Source of the DNA: Candidatus Anstonella stagnisolia
Lineage (GTDB): Archaea; Micrarchaeota; Micrarchaeia; Anstonellales; Anstonellaceae
Length of the DNA: 64,000 nt
Assembly: GCA_902384585.1 (NCBI GenBank)
Contig: CABMCJ010000004.1
Span: 770,086-834,085, forward strand
Direction of reading: 5' to 3'
Below, piece by piece: positions 8,580-17,120 of the stretch (position 1 is its first letter; each line of letters begins with the position of its first letter). Made by a program: the position numbers and the translations under genes. Under the pieces are notes generated by a model, which was not told the origin of the DNA, searched no databases, and worked only from the letters and a program-made list of their open reading frames with translations.

Positions 8580-9461
8580 ATGCAAAAAGAGGAGAACGTG
8601 CAAAAAGGGAACAGGGTGCTGCTTTTTTCAGGGGACTGCGGTGACCTTGGGACGCCTAACATTGAGCTCAAGAACTTCCCAGACGGGGAAAAATACGTGA
8701 GGATGCCCATACTGCCCCAGTGCGCTGGGAAAGAAGTCACGCTTGTGCACCGCTGCTACCCCGAGCAGGACAAATCCCTCATACAGCTTCTCCTCATGAT
8801 ATCTGCACTCAAGAATGCGCAGGCAAAAAAAATCATTGCGATTGTGCCGTATTTGCCGTATGCGAGGCAGGACAAGATAAAGCTCGAGGGGGAAACGAAA
8901 AGCTCGGAGACCATTTGCTCGCTTATAAAAGGGGCGGGATGCGATTTGCTTGTAACGTTTGACTGCCATTTCATAAAGAAAGAGGGGTCTGTGAATTACG
9001 GCGGGCTTGCAATAGACAACATCACGATGAAGGACCCGCTGCTGAATTACTATTTGAGCACGCACCCTGATGCGCTTGTTGCGGCCCCGGACAAGGGCGC
9101 AACGTACATGATAGTGATGCACGGGGGAAACAGCATGAAGAAGGTGAGGGGGGAATACTCCGAAGGCGCGACTGCGGTGCGCCCTATTGAAACCCTTGAG
9201 ATGGAATTTGACGTCAAGGACAAGGATGTTATATTGGTGGATGACATGATTGCAAGCGGCGGGACAATGATAAGGGCTGCGCGGGAATGCAAGATGAAGG
9301 GCGCAAAAAGCGTTCTTTGCGCTGCAACGCACGGGCTATTTTTGGGGAATGCGCTGCAGGAAATGCTTGCTGCAGGCGCTAACGAAGTAGTAGTGTCGGA
9401 TGCGATTGTATCAGGGGTTTCGAGGGTGCCGATAAAGCCGTTCCTTGCGAAATACCTTTAG
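8580..9461 (+). CDS. prs: Ribose-phosphate pyrophosphokinase (PRPP synthetase)
   Basis: Motifs FPDGEKYVR, VPYLPYARQDK and the PRPP-binding loop VILVDDMIASGGTM. Confidence 0.9.
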   Translation: MQKEENVQKGNRVLLFSGDCGDLGTPNIELKNFPDGEKYVRMPILPQCAGKEVTLVHRCYPEQDKSLIQLLLMISALKNAQAKKIIAIVPYLPYARQDKIKLEGETKSSETICSLIKGAGCDLLVTFDCHFIKKEGSVNYGGLAIDNITMKDPLLNYYLSTHPDALVAAPDKGATYMIVMHGGNSMKKVRGEYSEGATAVRPIETLEMEFDVKDKDVILVDDMIASGGTMIRAARECKMKGAKSVLCAATHGLFLGNALQEMLAAGANEVVVSDAIVSGVSRVPIKPFLAKYL

Positions 9462-9468
9462 GGGAACC

Positions 9469-10008
9469 CTAGCCTGAAGAGAAGGAGAGGCAGAGCGTCT
9501 TTTCGTCTTCTGTTGCAAGCAGGCTGCACTCGGCCGGCTTCTTTGAGGAGATAGCAACGTTGCTTATGCACGTGTCGCGCACTTGCTTGCTTTTTACGCG
9601 GTCGCATATCAGGACTGCGGAGTTTTCCTTTGCCAGGGAAAAGAAGCAGGAATCGGAATCTGAAGATGCTGGGCAATTTGCAAGCGCTTTTTGCATGTCA
9701 GTCTGGTTTTCAGGCAAGGAGGGTGAAGCTGCCTGCGCTTGCTGCGCTGTCGGCTGCGGCTGCGCAAACGGCGCTATTGCCTGCCTGCCTTGGAGCTTCT
9801 TTTTCTCAAGTGGGTTTGCTGCCGCCTTAAAGCACACTTCGCGCTGGGATTCCGGCAAGTTGTAGCAGACGTACGGGTCCTGCTGGAGCACTGCCTGCGT
9901 GTATATGCAATTGGAATCTGCTGGCGGGCAAGTTGAGGAGGGAGCGTTTATGCAGCCAAAGAGGAAAAAGGAGAAAAATGCAGTGAGCGCGAGGAATGCG
10001 TATTTCAT
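9469..10008 (-). CDS. Secreted Cys-rich lipoprotein, function unknown
   Basis: Signal peptide with a lipobox-like FLFGC, then repeated C-x(9-11)-C units (CYNLPESQREVC, CDRVKSKQVRDTC, CSLLATEDEKTLC). Confidence 0.55.
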   Translation of the reverse strand: MKYAFLALTAFFSFFLFGCINAPSSTCPPADSNCIYTQAVLQQDPYVCYNLPESQREVCFKAAANPLEKKKLQGRQAIAPFAQPQPTAQQAQAASPSLPENQTDMQKALANCPASSDSDSCFFSLAKENSAVLICDRVKSKQVRDTCISNVAISSKKPAECSLLATEDEKTLCLSFSSG

Positions 10009-10066
10009 GAAGGGAAGGCTCGGTTAAGGTTTATTATCGTTTTGAGGCAGGGGAGGGCTGTTTGGG

Positions 10067-10074
10067 TTTTTAAA
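10067..10074 (+). promoter_or_regulatory. TATA-box-like element upstream of tRNA-Glu
   Basis: TTTTTAAA lies 33-40 nt upstream of the tRNA 5' end at 10107. Confidence 0.4.
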
Positions 10075-10106
10075 CTGTTTTTGCCACAATAATGGTACAG
10101 ACTGGA

Positions 10107-10257
10107 GCTCCAATAGTCTAGCCCGGTCAAGGACGCTGGCCTTTCAACCCTTTTGCTCGCTCCAGGCGGGCACGCTCGCAAAAGCGTTGACGGAAAATTA
10201 AGATGTCAACAAGGCAGAAGAAAGCCGGTAACCCGGGTTCGAATCCCGGTTGGAGCA
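10107..10257 (+). tRNA. tRNA-Glu (anticodon UUC) with a 76-nt intron at the canonical 37/38 position (about 10147..10222)
   Basis: Exons fold by hand. The acceptor is GCTCCAA/TTGGAGC and the D arm is GTCT-AGCCCGGTCAA-GGAC. The anticodon stem is CTGGC/GCCGG with loop CTTTCAA. The T arm is CCGGG-TTCGAAT-CCCGG, the discriminator is A, and no CCA is encoded. The intron contains two hairpins (CTTTTGC...GCAAAAG and GTTGAC...GTCAAC). Confidence 0.85.
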
Positions 10258-10266
10258 CTCTTTTTC

Positions 10267-10854
10267 TTATAGGATGTCAAGAAGGCACTCCTTCACTTTT
10301 GCGGATACTTCCTCCTTTTTCGCGCTTGCGTCTATTGTGCGCCAGCGCGGGCAGAGGAAATCCTCTTCTGCCATCTGGTGGTAGCGGGAGCGCACGCCTT
10401 CCAGGAATATGCGGTCCTCCTCGAACCGGTCAAGGGTTTTTTGCGCGCTCTTGCGGGCGAATGAGCCTTCTGCGGAAATGTCAAGAAGAATAACTACGTC
10501 GGGGTGGAGGTAACCTATTTGCTTTATTGCGTCCCGCGCACGCTCGTAGCCAAGCGCCCCGCCCTGGTATGCGACCGTGGAGAAAACATATCTATCGAGG
10601 ATTACGAATTTTCCTTTTGAGAGTTCGTCGTGCAGCATTCCCTGCTCTGCATTTATGTCCTTTGCAAACTCTGCAAAAAGCTCTTCGGGCGCGGCGGTTT
10701 TCTCCCCTTTTAGGTGCGCATGCACAACATGCGCTTTCGCCGTGGGGTATTTGTGGATAGATGGGATTGTATTTAGGGTTTGAAGATAGGCGCGCAGCAT
10801 ATCTATCTGGGTTCCCTTGCCGCTCCCATCTATGCCTTCGAAAACTACGAGCAT
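10267..10854 (-). CDS. tmk: Thymidylate kinase
   Basis: N-terminal P-loop MLVVFEGIDGSGKGTQ, a DRY motif (ILDRYVFS), 195 aa. Confidence 0.9.
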   Translation of the reverse strand: MLVVFEGIDGSGKGTQIDMLRAYLQTLNTIPSIHKYPTAKAHVVHAHLKGEKTAAPEELFAEFAKDINAEQGMLHDELSKGKFVILDRYVFSTVAYQGGALGYERARDAIKQIGYLHPDVVILLDISAEGSFARKSAQKTLDRFEEDRIFLEGVRSRYHQMAEEDFLCPRWRTIDASAKKEEVSAKVKECLLDIL

Positions 10855-10955
10855 GGGAAGTTATGGGCAGGAAAAGGTTAAAATTGCAGCTAAGAAGAGC
10901 GCTATTTATATTTTCTACTATTTATAAAAATGTAAAATAGTTATGAGGTATTGAT

Positions 10956-12296
10956 ATGGCTAAAAAAATTGAAATAAGCCCTGTGGATGGCAGGCTTGGG
11001 ATACTTCTTCCGGGATTGGGCGCAGTAAGCACCACATTCATAGCAGGGGTGATGCTCGCGCGCAAGGGCGCACTTAAGCCCTTTGGAAGCTTGACGCAGA
11101 TGCAGACGATACGGCTGGGCAAGAGGGACGAGAGCAAATCCCCGCTCATTCGGGATTTTGTGCCCCTTGCGAAGCTTTCGGACCTTGAGTTTGCAGCATG
11201 GGACATATTCCCCGACAACGCGTACGAGGCTGCGATGAAGGCGGGCGTGCTAAGCAAGGAGCATTTGGGGCTTGTGAAGGATGAGCTTGAGAAAATAAAG
11301 CCCATGAAAGCGGTATTCGACAGGAATTACGTGAAGAACATCGAGGGGGAAAATGTGAAGGAAGGGAAAAGCAAGCTTGAGCTTGCCAACCAGCTTCGCG
11401 AGGACATCCGAAAGTTCAAGCAGGAGAAAAAACTCTCAAGGATGGTTGCTGTGTGGTGCGCAAGCACTGAGACTTATACGGAAGCGCAGCCTGTCCATGC
11501 AACAATAGAATCTTTTGAGAAGGGGCTTGCGCAAAGCAATCCGGCAATCTCGCCCTCGATGATTTATGCGTACGCTGCGATAATGGAGGGAGTGCCGTAT
11601 GTGAACGGGGCGCCGCACCTCACACTTGACATCCCGGCACTTGGAGAGCTTGCAAGGCAAAAGGGGATTCCAATTGCGGGCAAGGACTTCAAGACAGGGC
11701 AGACTTTGGTGAAAACTGCCGTGGCGCCCATGCTCAAGATGCGCATGCTTGGGGTGCGTGGCTGGTTCTCCACAAACATACTTGGAAACCGCGACGGGCT
11801 TGTGCTGGATGATGCGGGGTCGTTCAAAAGCAAGGAAATGAGCAAGAAGTCCTCGCTTGAGTACATTTTCCAGCCTGACATGTATCCGGACCTTTACAAG
11901 GGGATGTACCATAAGGTAAGGATTGAGTATTACCCGCCAAAAAACGACGACAAAGAGGGCTGGGACAACATAGACATATTCGGGTGGATGGGATACCCGA
12001 TGCAGATAAAAATCAACTTCCTTTGCAAGGACAGCATACTTGCTGCGCCAATCGTGCTTGATTTGGCGCTTTTCATGGACCTTGCGCGCAGGGCAAAGAT
12101 GTCGGGCATGCAGGAATGGCTCTCGTTTTATTTCAAGGCGCCCATGCACGCGCCCTCTGTATATCCTGAGCACGATATTTCCATACAGCACATGAAGCTC
12201 AAGAACACGCTGAGGTACCTAATGGGCAAGGATTTGATAACGCACCTGGGCATGGAATATTATGATTATTGGGGCGAGGGGAAAATTGAGGGGTAA
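10956..12296 (+). CDS. ino1: myo-Inositol-1-phosphate synthase (archaeal type)
   Basis: 446 aa. The N-terminal Rossmann segment is GILLPGLGAVSTTFIAGV. Family-typical blocks seen are VWCASTE, YVNGAP and GKDFKTGQT. Confidence 0.85.
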   Translation: MAKKIEISPVDGRLGILLPGLGAVSTTFIAGVMLARKGALKPFGSLTQMQTIRLGKRDESKSPLIRDFVPLAKLSDLEFAAWDIFPDNAYEAAMKAGVLSKEHLGLVKDELEKIKPMKAVFDRNYVKNIEGENVKEGKSKLELANQLREDIRKFKQEKKLSRMVAVWCASTETYTEAQPVHATIESFEKGLAQSNPAISPSMIYAYAAIMEGVPYVNGAPHLTLDIPALGELARQKGIPIAGKDFKTGQTLVKTAVAPMLKMRMLGVRGWFSTNILGNRDGLVLDDAGSFKSKEMSKKSSLEYIFQPDMYPDLYKGMYHKVRIEYYPPKNDDKEGWDNIDIFGWMGYPMQIKINFLCKDSILAAPIVLDLALFMDLARRAKMSGMQEWLSFYFKAPMHAPSVYPEHDISIQHMKLKNTLRYLMGKDLITHLGMEYYDYWGEGKIEG

Positions 12297-12300
12297 GAGC

Positions 12301-12906
12301 ATGATAAAACAAATCCCATTTTTGAGAAAATTGCAGGAAGATGCGGGGAAAGCATTCACATTTTTGCCACTGAGCCCGACACAGATAACCATGCTTGCGC
12401 CTATTTTTGCGCTCGTGTCGCTTTATTTCATGTACCATAGGCAGATGGAATTTGCAATTGTTGCGTTTGTGCTTTCTGCGCTCATGGACGCGCTTGATGG
12501 CGCGGTTGCGAGAGCGAGGGGGCAGGTTACGAAAAAGGGCGGGTTCTTTGACGGGGTGTGCGACAGGTTCGTGGAATTCTTTGTGCTTGTGGGGCTGCTT
12601 GCATACGGAATTGGGACGTTCATACTGCCTGCGGACGTGTGGGTGCTCTTATTCGTGTTCTTTGGGACGTGCATGACGAGTTTTGTGAGCGCATATGCAG
12701 ACCATAGGGAAGTCATGCCTGCAAAAGAGGCTGCGGATTTGCCTGCGATGTTCCATAGGCCTGAGAGGGTTGTGTGCATATTCTTAGCGATGCTGGTTGC
12801 GCCTGCTTCTGCGGTCGGGGCAACCGCGATAATTGGGGCAGGGGCAATGCTCTCCATGCTCACGGTTGCGCAGAAAATTGTGCACGTGATGCTGTACAAG
12901 GAGTAG
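12301..12906 (+). CDS. CDP-alcohol phosphatidyltransferase, probably archaetidylinositol-phosphate synthase
   Basis: ATG 12301 lies 5 nt after the ino1 stop. The signature D-x2-DG-x2-AR...G-x3-D-x3-D is present as MDALDGAVARARG...GGFFDGVCDR. About 6 TM helices. Confidence 0.75.
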   Translation: MIKQIPFLRKLQEDAGKAFTFLPLSPTQITMLAPIFALVSLYFMYHRQMEFAIVAFVLSALMDALDGAVARARGQVTKKGGFFDGVCDRFVEFFVLVGLLAYGIGTFILPADVWVLLFVFFGTCMTSFVSAYADHREVMPAKEAADLPAMFHRPERVVCIFLAMLVAPASAVGATAIIGAGAMLSMLTVAQKIVHVMLYKE

Positions 12907-12925
12907 GGGCCGCTTGCGGAAAAAA

Positions 12926-13990
12926 TTAGGCTGCAGAGCGCAATAAAGCCGTCTTCCCCTTGCTCGTTATGCGGTAGTACACGAATTTCTTCCCTGGAGT
13001 TTGCACCTTTTCAACAAAGCCTGCCTCGCGCATCCTTTCAAGGTGCTCTATTATGGTTGCCTTGCTTTTTTTCAGGCGGCTGCTTAAGTCAGTTGGAATT
13101 TTTTCGTTTGTGGAAAGTTCGTTTAGGATTTCAACGCGGGTGGGGGAGGAGAGTATGCGGTGCGTTTCTATCTGCTCATTGTTGGGGGAGCGGAGCAGGA
13201 CTGCGACTATTGCGACGAGGATGACGGCTGCTGCTGTGAGCAGCGGGGCGAGCATGGAAGCGAGGTCGAAGATGCTTTTTTGGGATTGTTTGTTTGCATC
13301 AAAAGCGCCCGATGCTTTTTGTGGCGCGCCTTCTGCTGCTTTTTCGGATGCGGAGTTCGGGGCGGATGCACCGGTTGAGGGGAGCGATGTAGGTGACGGC
13401 TGCGCTGCTGCTTGTTTATTTTGCGGGGCTGTTTCTGGTGCGATGTTAGTTTGCTGGGCTGAAGGGGCGCTGATGGGCTGCGCATTTGATGCTTCGGATT
13501 GCACTCGTTCTTCCCATATTTTGGATGCGACTTGGGGGAGTTGGGCTGCGGCAGTTGTTTGGGGCGAAATCCAGCCTGAAGAGGAATAGGAAATTTCGCG
13601 CGAGTTTTGCGCGAGAGCGGCTATTTGGGAAATGTCGTTTTCGTCCATGCCGGACAATGCGCCTATTTTTGCAAGCCATTTGAGTTCTTCGGAAAGCGAA
13701 CCGGAGTATTTTGCCTCTATTTGGAAGTAAATTTCGCTTCCATCATTTCCGAGCACAACGAGCATTCCCTGCGTAGTCGGGCTTGAGTATGAGGCGGCTA
13801 TTCCGCCAACGCCTGAGCGCAGTTCGGTTGGAACCGCAAGTGTAAGAGGCTGCGCGGACAAAGTCAGGTTGGGCTTTGTAAGGTGCACGTAAATTAAATC
13901 CAAAGAAGGCTGGGATGACGGCGCTGTTTCCTGTGCCAAAGTTAGCGAACAGGCAAGCATGAGCGTTGCGAATAACACGTAAATTTTCAT
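12926..13990 (-). CDS. Single-pass membrane protein: secreted N-terminal domain, Ala/Gln/Ser/Pro-rich linker, TM helix, cytoplasmic ArsR-type winged-helix domain
   Basis: The signal peptide is MKIYVLFATLMLACSLTLAQE and the TM helix is LLTAAAVILVAIVAVLL. The C-terminus ILSSPTRVEILNELSTNEKIPTDLSSRLKKSKATIIEHLERMREAGFVEKV...YYRITSKG is a typical ArsR/wHTH. Confidence 0.6.
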   Translation of the reverse strand: MKIYVLFATLMLACSLTLAQETAPSSQPSLDLIYVHLTKPNLTLSAQPLTLAVPTELRSGVGGIAASYSSPTTQGMLVVLGNDGSEIYFQIEAKYSGSLSEELKWLAKIGALSGMDENDISQIAALAQNSREISYSSSGWISPQTTAAAQLPQVASKIWEERVQSEASNAQPISAPSAQQTNIAPETAPQNKQAAAQPSPTSLPSTGASAPNSASEKAAEGAPQKASGAFDANKQSQKSIFDLASMLAPLLTAAAVILVAIVAVLLRSPNNEQIETHRILSSPTRVEILNELSTNEKIPTDLSSRLKKSKATIIEHLERMREAGFVEKVQTPGKKFVYYRITSKGKTALLRSAA

Positions 13991-14044
13991 AGAAAAAGAT
14001 GGGGAAAACTGGAATATAAATCGTTTGGTTTTTGTAAGGCAAAA

Positions 14045-14242
14045 CTACATCCTTGCGAGGCGGATGTCTTCAGCCGTGACAGTTTTCCTTCCTGCGTGCT
14101 TTGCGAACTTGAGGGCTTTCTGGGAAATCTCCATCCCGATTTTCTCAAGCTCCTGCGCAAGCTCTATTGCTGCCTCGTCGCTTACCCTGCCTGCGCCTGC
14201 CTCGCGTATTATGCGCTCAACCGGTGCTTTTGGGAGTATCAT
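14045..14242 (-). CDS. Archaeal histone (HMf family histone fold)
   Basis: 65 aa. [63 protein letters not shown] matches the archaeal histone pattern along its whole length. Confidence 0.9.
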   Translation of the reverse strand: MILPKAPVERIIREAGAGRVSDEAAIELAQELEKIGMEISQKALKFAKHAGRKTVTAEDIRLARM

Positions 14243-14302
14243 GGGGAACTATCCAAGCAAACAAATAAAAGCAGTTGTGGGGGCAATAAGTATGGTAGTC
14301 GC

Positions 14303-14755
14303 GTGGTTGAAAAATACGCAAAACGAGAAGAAGAGCAGCCGTTCCCAAAGCCCGAAGTGGAGCAGGCTTACCGCGCGATTGAGAGCAACACCAAAGAGGC
14401 GCTTGAAATTGCGCGCGAGGCAATAATGAGGGCGTATTCCCCTTTTAGGGAAATATGCGGCAAGCGGAAGATGGAAATTTCCAAGCTGCTGTCAAACGAG
14501 AAACTTTTTGAGAAAGCAAGCGGAGTGAGATACGGGATAGAAGAGAGGCTTGAGAAGGGAGGGGAAATAAGGAAATACGAAGTTTTCAGCGTGCGCGTGG
14601 AATTTGAAGGCATGAAGAGAAGGATAACTTCGGAAGTCGGGCCTGATTCTATGGCGGTTTGCCTCAACCAGACAGGAAGCGATGCGAAACTGCTTGAGAT
14701 GGTATCATACGGGAAGAATTGCGGTGTTGAGATATTTAGGGGGGGGAGAGCATGA
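14303..14755 (+). CDS. Hypothetical protein (start uncertain: GTG 14303 or ATG 14427)
   Basis: This is the 3' part of ORF 14096..14755; the 5' part overlaps the histone gene on the other strand. An AAATAAAA TATA-like element lies about 35 nt upstream of 14303. The stop overlaps the next ATG (ATGA). Confidence 0.4.
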   Translation: MVEKYAKREEEQPFPKPEVEQAYRAIESNTKEALEIAREAIMRAYSPFREICGKRKMEISKLLSNEKLFEKASGVRYGIEERLEKGGEIRKYEVFSVRVEFEGMKRRITSEVGPDSMAVCLNQTGSDAKLLEMVSYGKNCGVEIFRGGRA

Positions 14756-15237
14756 GCGTTGAAAAAGAGCAGCAAGTGCAAAAACCGAACGTTTTTGAGC
14801 AGATGCCGATGGCAAGGGCTGATGAGAAATTCGCGCCGGCAAAAGAGCAGCCAAAACAGGAACAAAAGCCTGTGTTGCTTGGGCTCAAGGTAAAAAAAGT
14901 TGGGGAACTCGTGTTCAAGCCGCAGGACTTGAAAGAAAGCACGACTGCGCGGGAAGTTGCAACAAAGGCGATTGAGGGCATGAAAAGCATTGCAACCGCA
15001 AGCAAGCACGAGCAGGAATTTGGCACGCTTGGGCTCAAAGTAAAGAACATTGATGAGCTGAGGGTTTCAAAAGACGGCAATTCCTACAGCGCGAAAATTG
15101 GGAACGGGGACAGCTATCTCACGCTTAGGCTTGGGGAAAACTCCACAACGCTTGCGCTAAGCGGCAGGGACGGGGCGCTTCGGGCTTATGCGGAGCAGAA
15201 GAAAGATGCAATAACTTTTGAGCAGCAAAGTGCTTGA
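14752..15237 (+). CDS. Hypothetical protein with an internal duplication
   Basis: 161 aa, translationally coupled to both neighbours. Repeat units are LLGLKVKKVGELVFKPQD and TLGLKVKNIDELRVSKDG. Confidence 0.5.
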   Translation: MSVEKEQQVQKPNVFEQMPMARADEKFAPAKEQPKQEQKPVLLGLKVKKVGELVFKPQDLKESTTAREVATKAIEGMKSIATASKHEQEFGTLGLKVKNIDELRVSKDGNSYSAKIGNGDSYLTLRLGENSTTLALSGRDGALRAYAEQKKDAITFEQQSA

Positions 15238-15238
15238 G

Positions 15239-15901
15239 ATGAACCTAAATATCCCTGAACCATGCTCAAGCTGCGGGGGGAAATGCTGCAACCGCTTTGC
15301 GGTCCCCATTACACACCTAGATGTCATGCGGCTTGCAGAGCATACGGGAAAAGAGCCGATTGAATTTTGCAGGCTGGAAGACTCGCAGAACATTTCCAAA
15401 AATCCTTATCCGAAAGTGTTTGTGGAAAATGAGCATGGGAAGCTTGTGGAGAAAATGCTTGTGCTCAAGAGGACAAAAACTGAGTGGTGCGTATTTTTTG
15501 CACGAAGCAACGGATGCACCGTGCATCAGGGAAGGCCTATGGTGTGCCGGACTTATCCTTTCTCGCTTTTCTCGGAATTTGCAAAGGAAAAAGGGATTGG
15601 AAGCAAGAGGCTTGAGAAAATATTGAATGCGTTTGCGCCTAAAGCAAAAAGCGCAGACATTTCAGGCGAGAAAGCGGCGGGGGAAGTGTATTATACAATG
15701 AACACTGCGTGCCCAAGGAGATGGGAGAAAGAGGAGTTTTCAATTGGGGATGTGATGAGTGACTTGAAAATGCAGGAAGAGCAATTGAAAAAATACTGGA
15801 AAGTCGCAAACGAGTGGAATGCGAAAAGGAGGAAGGAAGTAAAACCGGGATTTGAGGAGTTCTTGGAATTTGCAGTTGGGAAAGCTAAGGAAGAAAAATA
15901 A
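15239..15901 (+). CDS. YkgJ-family (UPF0153) cysteine-cluster protein
   Basis: ATG 15239 lies 1 nt after the upstream stop. It has a CSSCGGKCC cluster plus CVFF...NGCTVHQGRPMVCRTYPF. Confidence 0.7.
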   Translation: MNLNIPEPCSSCGGKCCNRFAVPITHLDVMRLAEHTGKEPIEFCRLEDSQNISKNPYPKVFVENEHGKLVEKMLVLKRTKTEWCVFFARSNGCTVHQGRPMVCRTYPFSLFSEFAKEKGIGSKRLEKILNAFAPKAKSADISGEKAAGEVYYTMNTACPRRWEKEEFSIGDVMSDLKMQEEQLKKYWKVANEWNAKRRKEVKPGFEEFLEFAVGKAKEEK

Positions 15902-15903
15902 AG

Positions 15904-17007
15904 TTAGCCTTGTTTTTTCACTATTGTGATAACGTCGCCGTCTTTTAGGGTGTGGTCCAAGCCTGCTTTTTGCCCTGGGAACTTTGCGGAAGGGCCCCAT
16001 ATCTGGGAATACTTGAAATCTCGCACCAAGTCCCTGTGCAATTTTGCGCATGCATCCGCAACTGTTGCGCCAGTGCGCATCATCATGGGCTTTTTCATGT
16101 CTGCCTCGCCCATGCGCGGTTTTGTGTAAATGCGAATCATCTCCAGGCGGTCGTAAATCGCATCCTTGAGCGCGTTTATGTTGAGGTTGCGGTCTGCGGA
16201 AATCGGGATAAAGGGAAATTTCAGGGAGCGGAGGTATTCCTCGGAAACAAGGTCGGTTTTGTTCAGTACTGTGACGGAATTCACGTAGCGCCGGTTAGCT
16301 GCCATGTAGTCAACAAGCTGGTCTATGGACACGTCCTCGCGGAAAACTATGGAGCCGTTGTGAATCCCGTATTCATTTATCACTCCGGTTATCATTTTTT
16401 CGTTTAGTTTTGTGAGTTTTATTGTGGCGTTTATTTCTATGCCGCCTCTTTCTTTTTTCGTGAGGTTTATCTGCGGCGGCTTTTGGTCTAAGCGGATGCC
16501 TATTCCGGAGAGCTCGTCCTTTATTGCAGAAAGCATGTTGGGCTCAAATACATCGAGGATTATGAGGATGAGGTCTGCATTGCGCGCAACTGCGAGCACT
16601 TCCCTTCCGCGCCCTTTTCCTGTTTTTGCGCCTGCAATAATGCCGGGAAGGTCAAGGAGTTGTATTTGGGCTCCTCTGTGCTCCATCACGCCGGGGATGC
16701 AGGTGAGAGTAGTAAATGCGTAGGAGGCAGTTTTGCTTTTTGCGCCAGTGAGAGCGTTTAAGAGGGTGGATTTTCCTACAGAAGGGAGGCCGATGAAGAC
16801 TACTGTTGCGTCGCCGCTCTTTTTTACGTCAAAGCCGCTTCCGCCGCCGCCTTTGCCGCCAAAGCTTTTCTTTGGGGTTTCTATTATGGAGCGCTTGAGC
16901 TTGGCGATTTTTGCCTTGAGCATTCCGATGTGGAACTCGGTCGCCTTGTTCTTCTGCGTCCGCGCCATCTCGTCTTCTAGCTCTTTTATTTTCTCGTGCA
17001 AGCCCAT
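15904..17007 (-). CDS. Developmentally regulated GTP-binding protein (DRG/Rbg, Obg superfamily) with a TGS domain
   Basis: 367 aa. The N-terminus is EDEMARTQKNKATEFHIGMLKAKIAKL, the G1 motif is GLPSVGKSTLLN, and DLPG and NKTD are present. The C-terminal TGS-like segment is GDVITIVKK. Confidence 0.9.
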   Translation of the reverse strand: MGLHEKIKELEDEMARTQKNKATEFHIGMLKAKIAKLKRSIIETPKKSFGGKGGGGSGFDVKKSGDATVVFIGLPSVGKSTLLNALTGAKSKTASYAFTTLTCIPGVMEHRGAQIQLLDLPGIIAGAKTGKGRGREVLAVARNADLILIILDVFEPNMLSAIKDELSGIGIRLDQKPPQINLTKKERGGIEINATIKLTKLNEKMITGVINEYGIHNGSIVFREDVSIDQLVDYMAANRRYVNSVTVLNKTDLVSEEYLRSLKFPFIPISADRNLNINALKDAIYDRLEMIRIYTKPRMGEADMKKPMMMRTGATVADACAKLHRDLVRDFKYSQIWGPSAKFPGQKAGLDHTLKDGDVITIVKKQG

Positions 17008-17120
17008 GTGAGAGTAATGGGAGGCGGCGTTTAAAATCAGTAGCTATTGGGCAGTTATTTCTGGGGATTTTGCATGCGCGCTTTCCTTGCCTTGCGCTGC
17101 CCCATCCGGCTCTTCCTGCT

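Noticed and set aside
14096-14302. The 5' extension of ORF 14096..14755.
   Set aside because: It overlaps the archaeal histone gene on the opposite strand. The histone call is near-certain, so the plus-strand gene must start downstream (GTG 14303 or ATG 14427).
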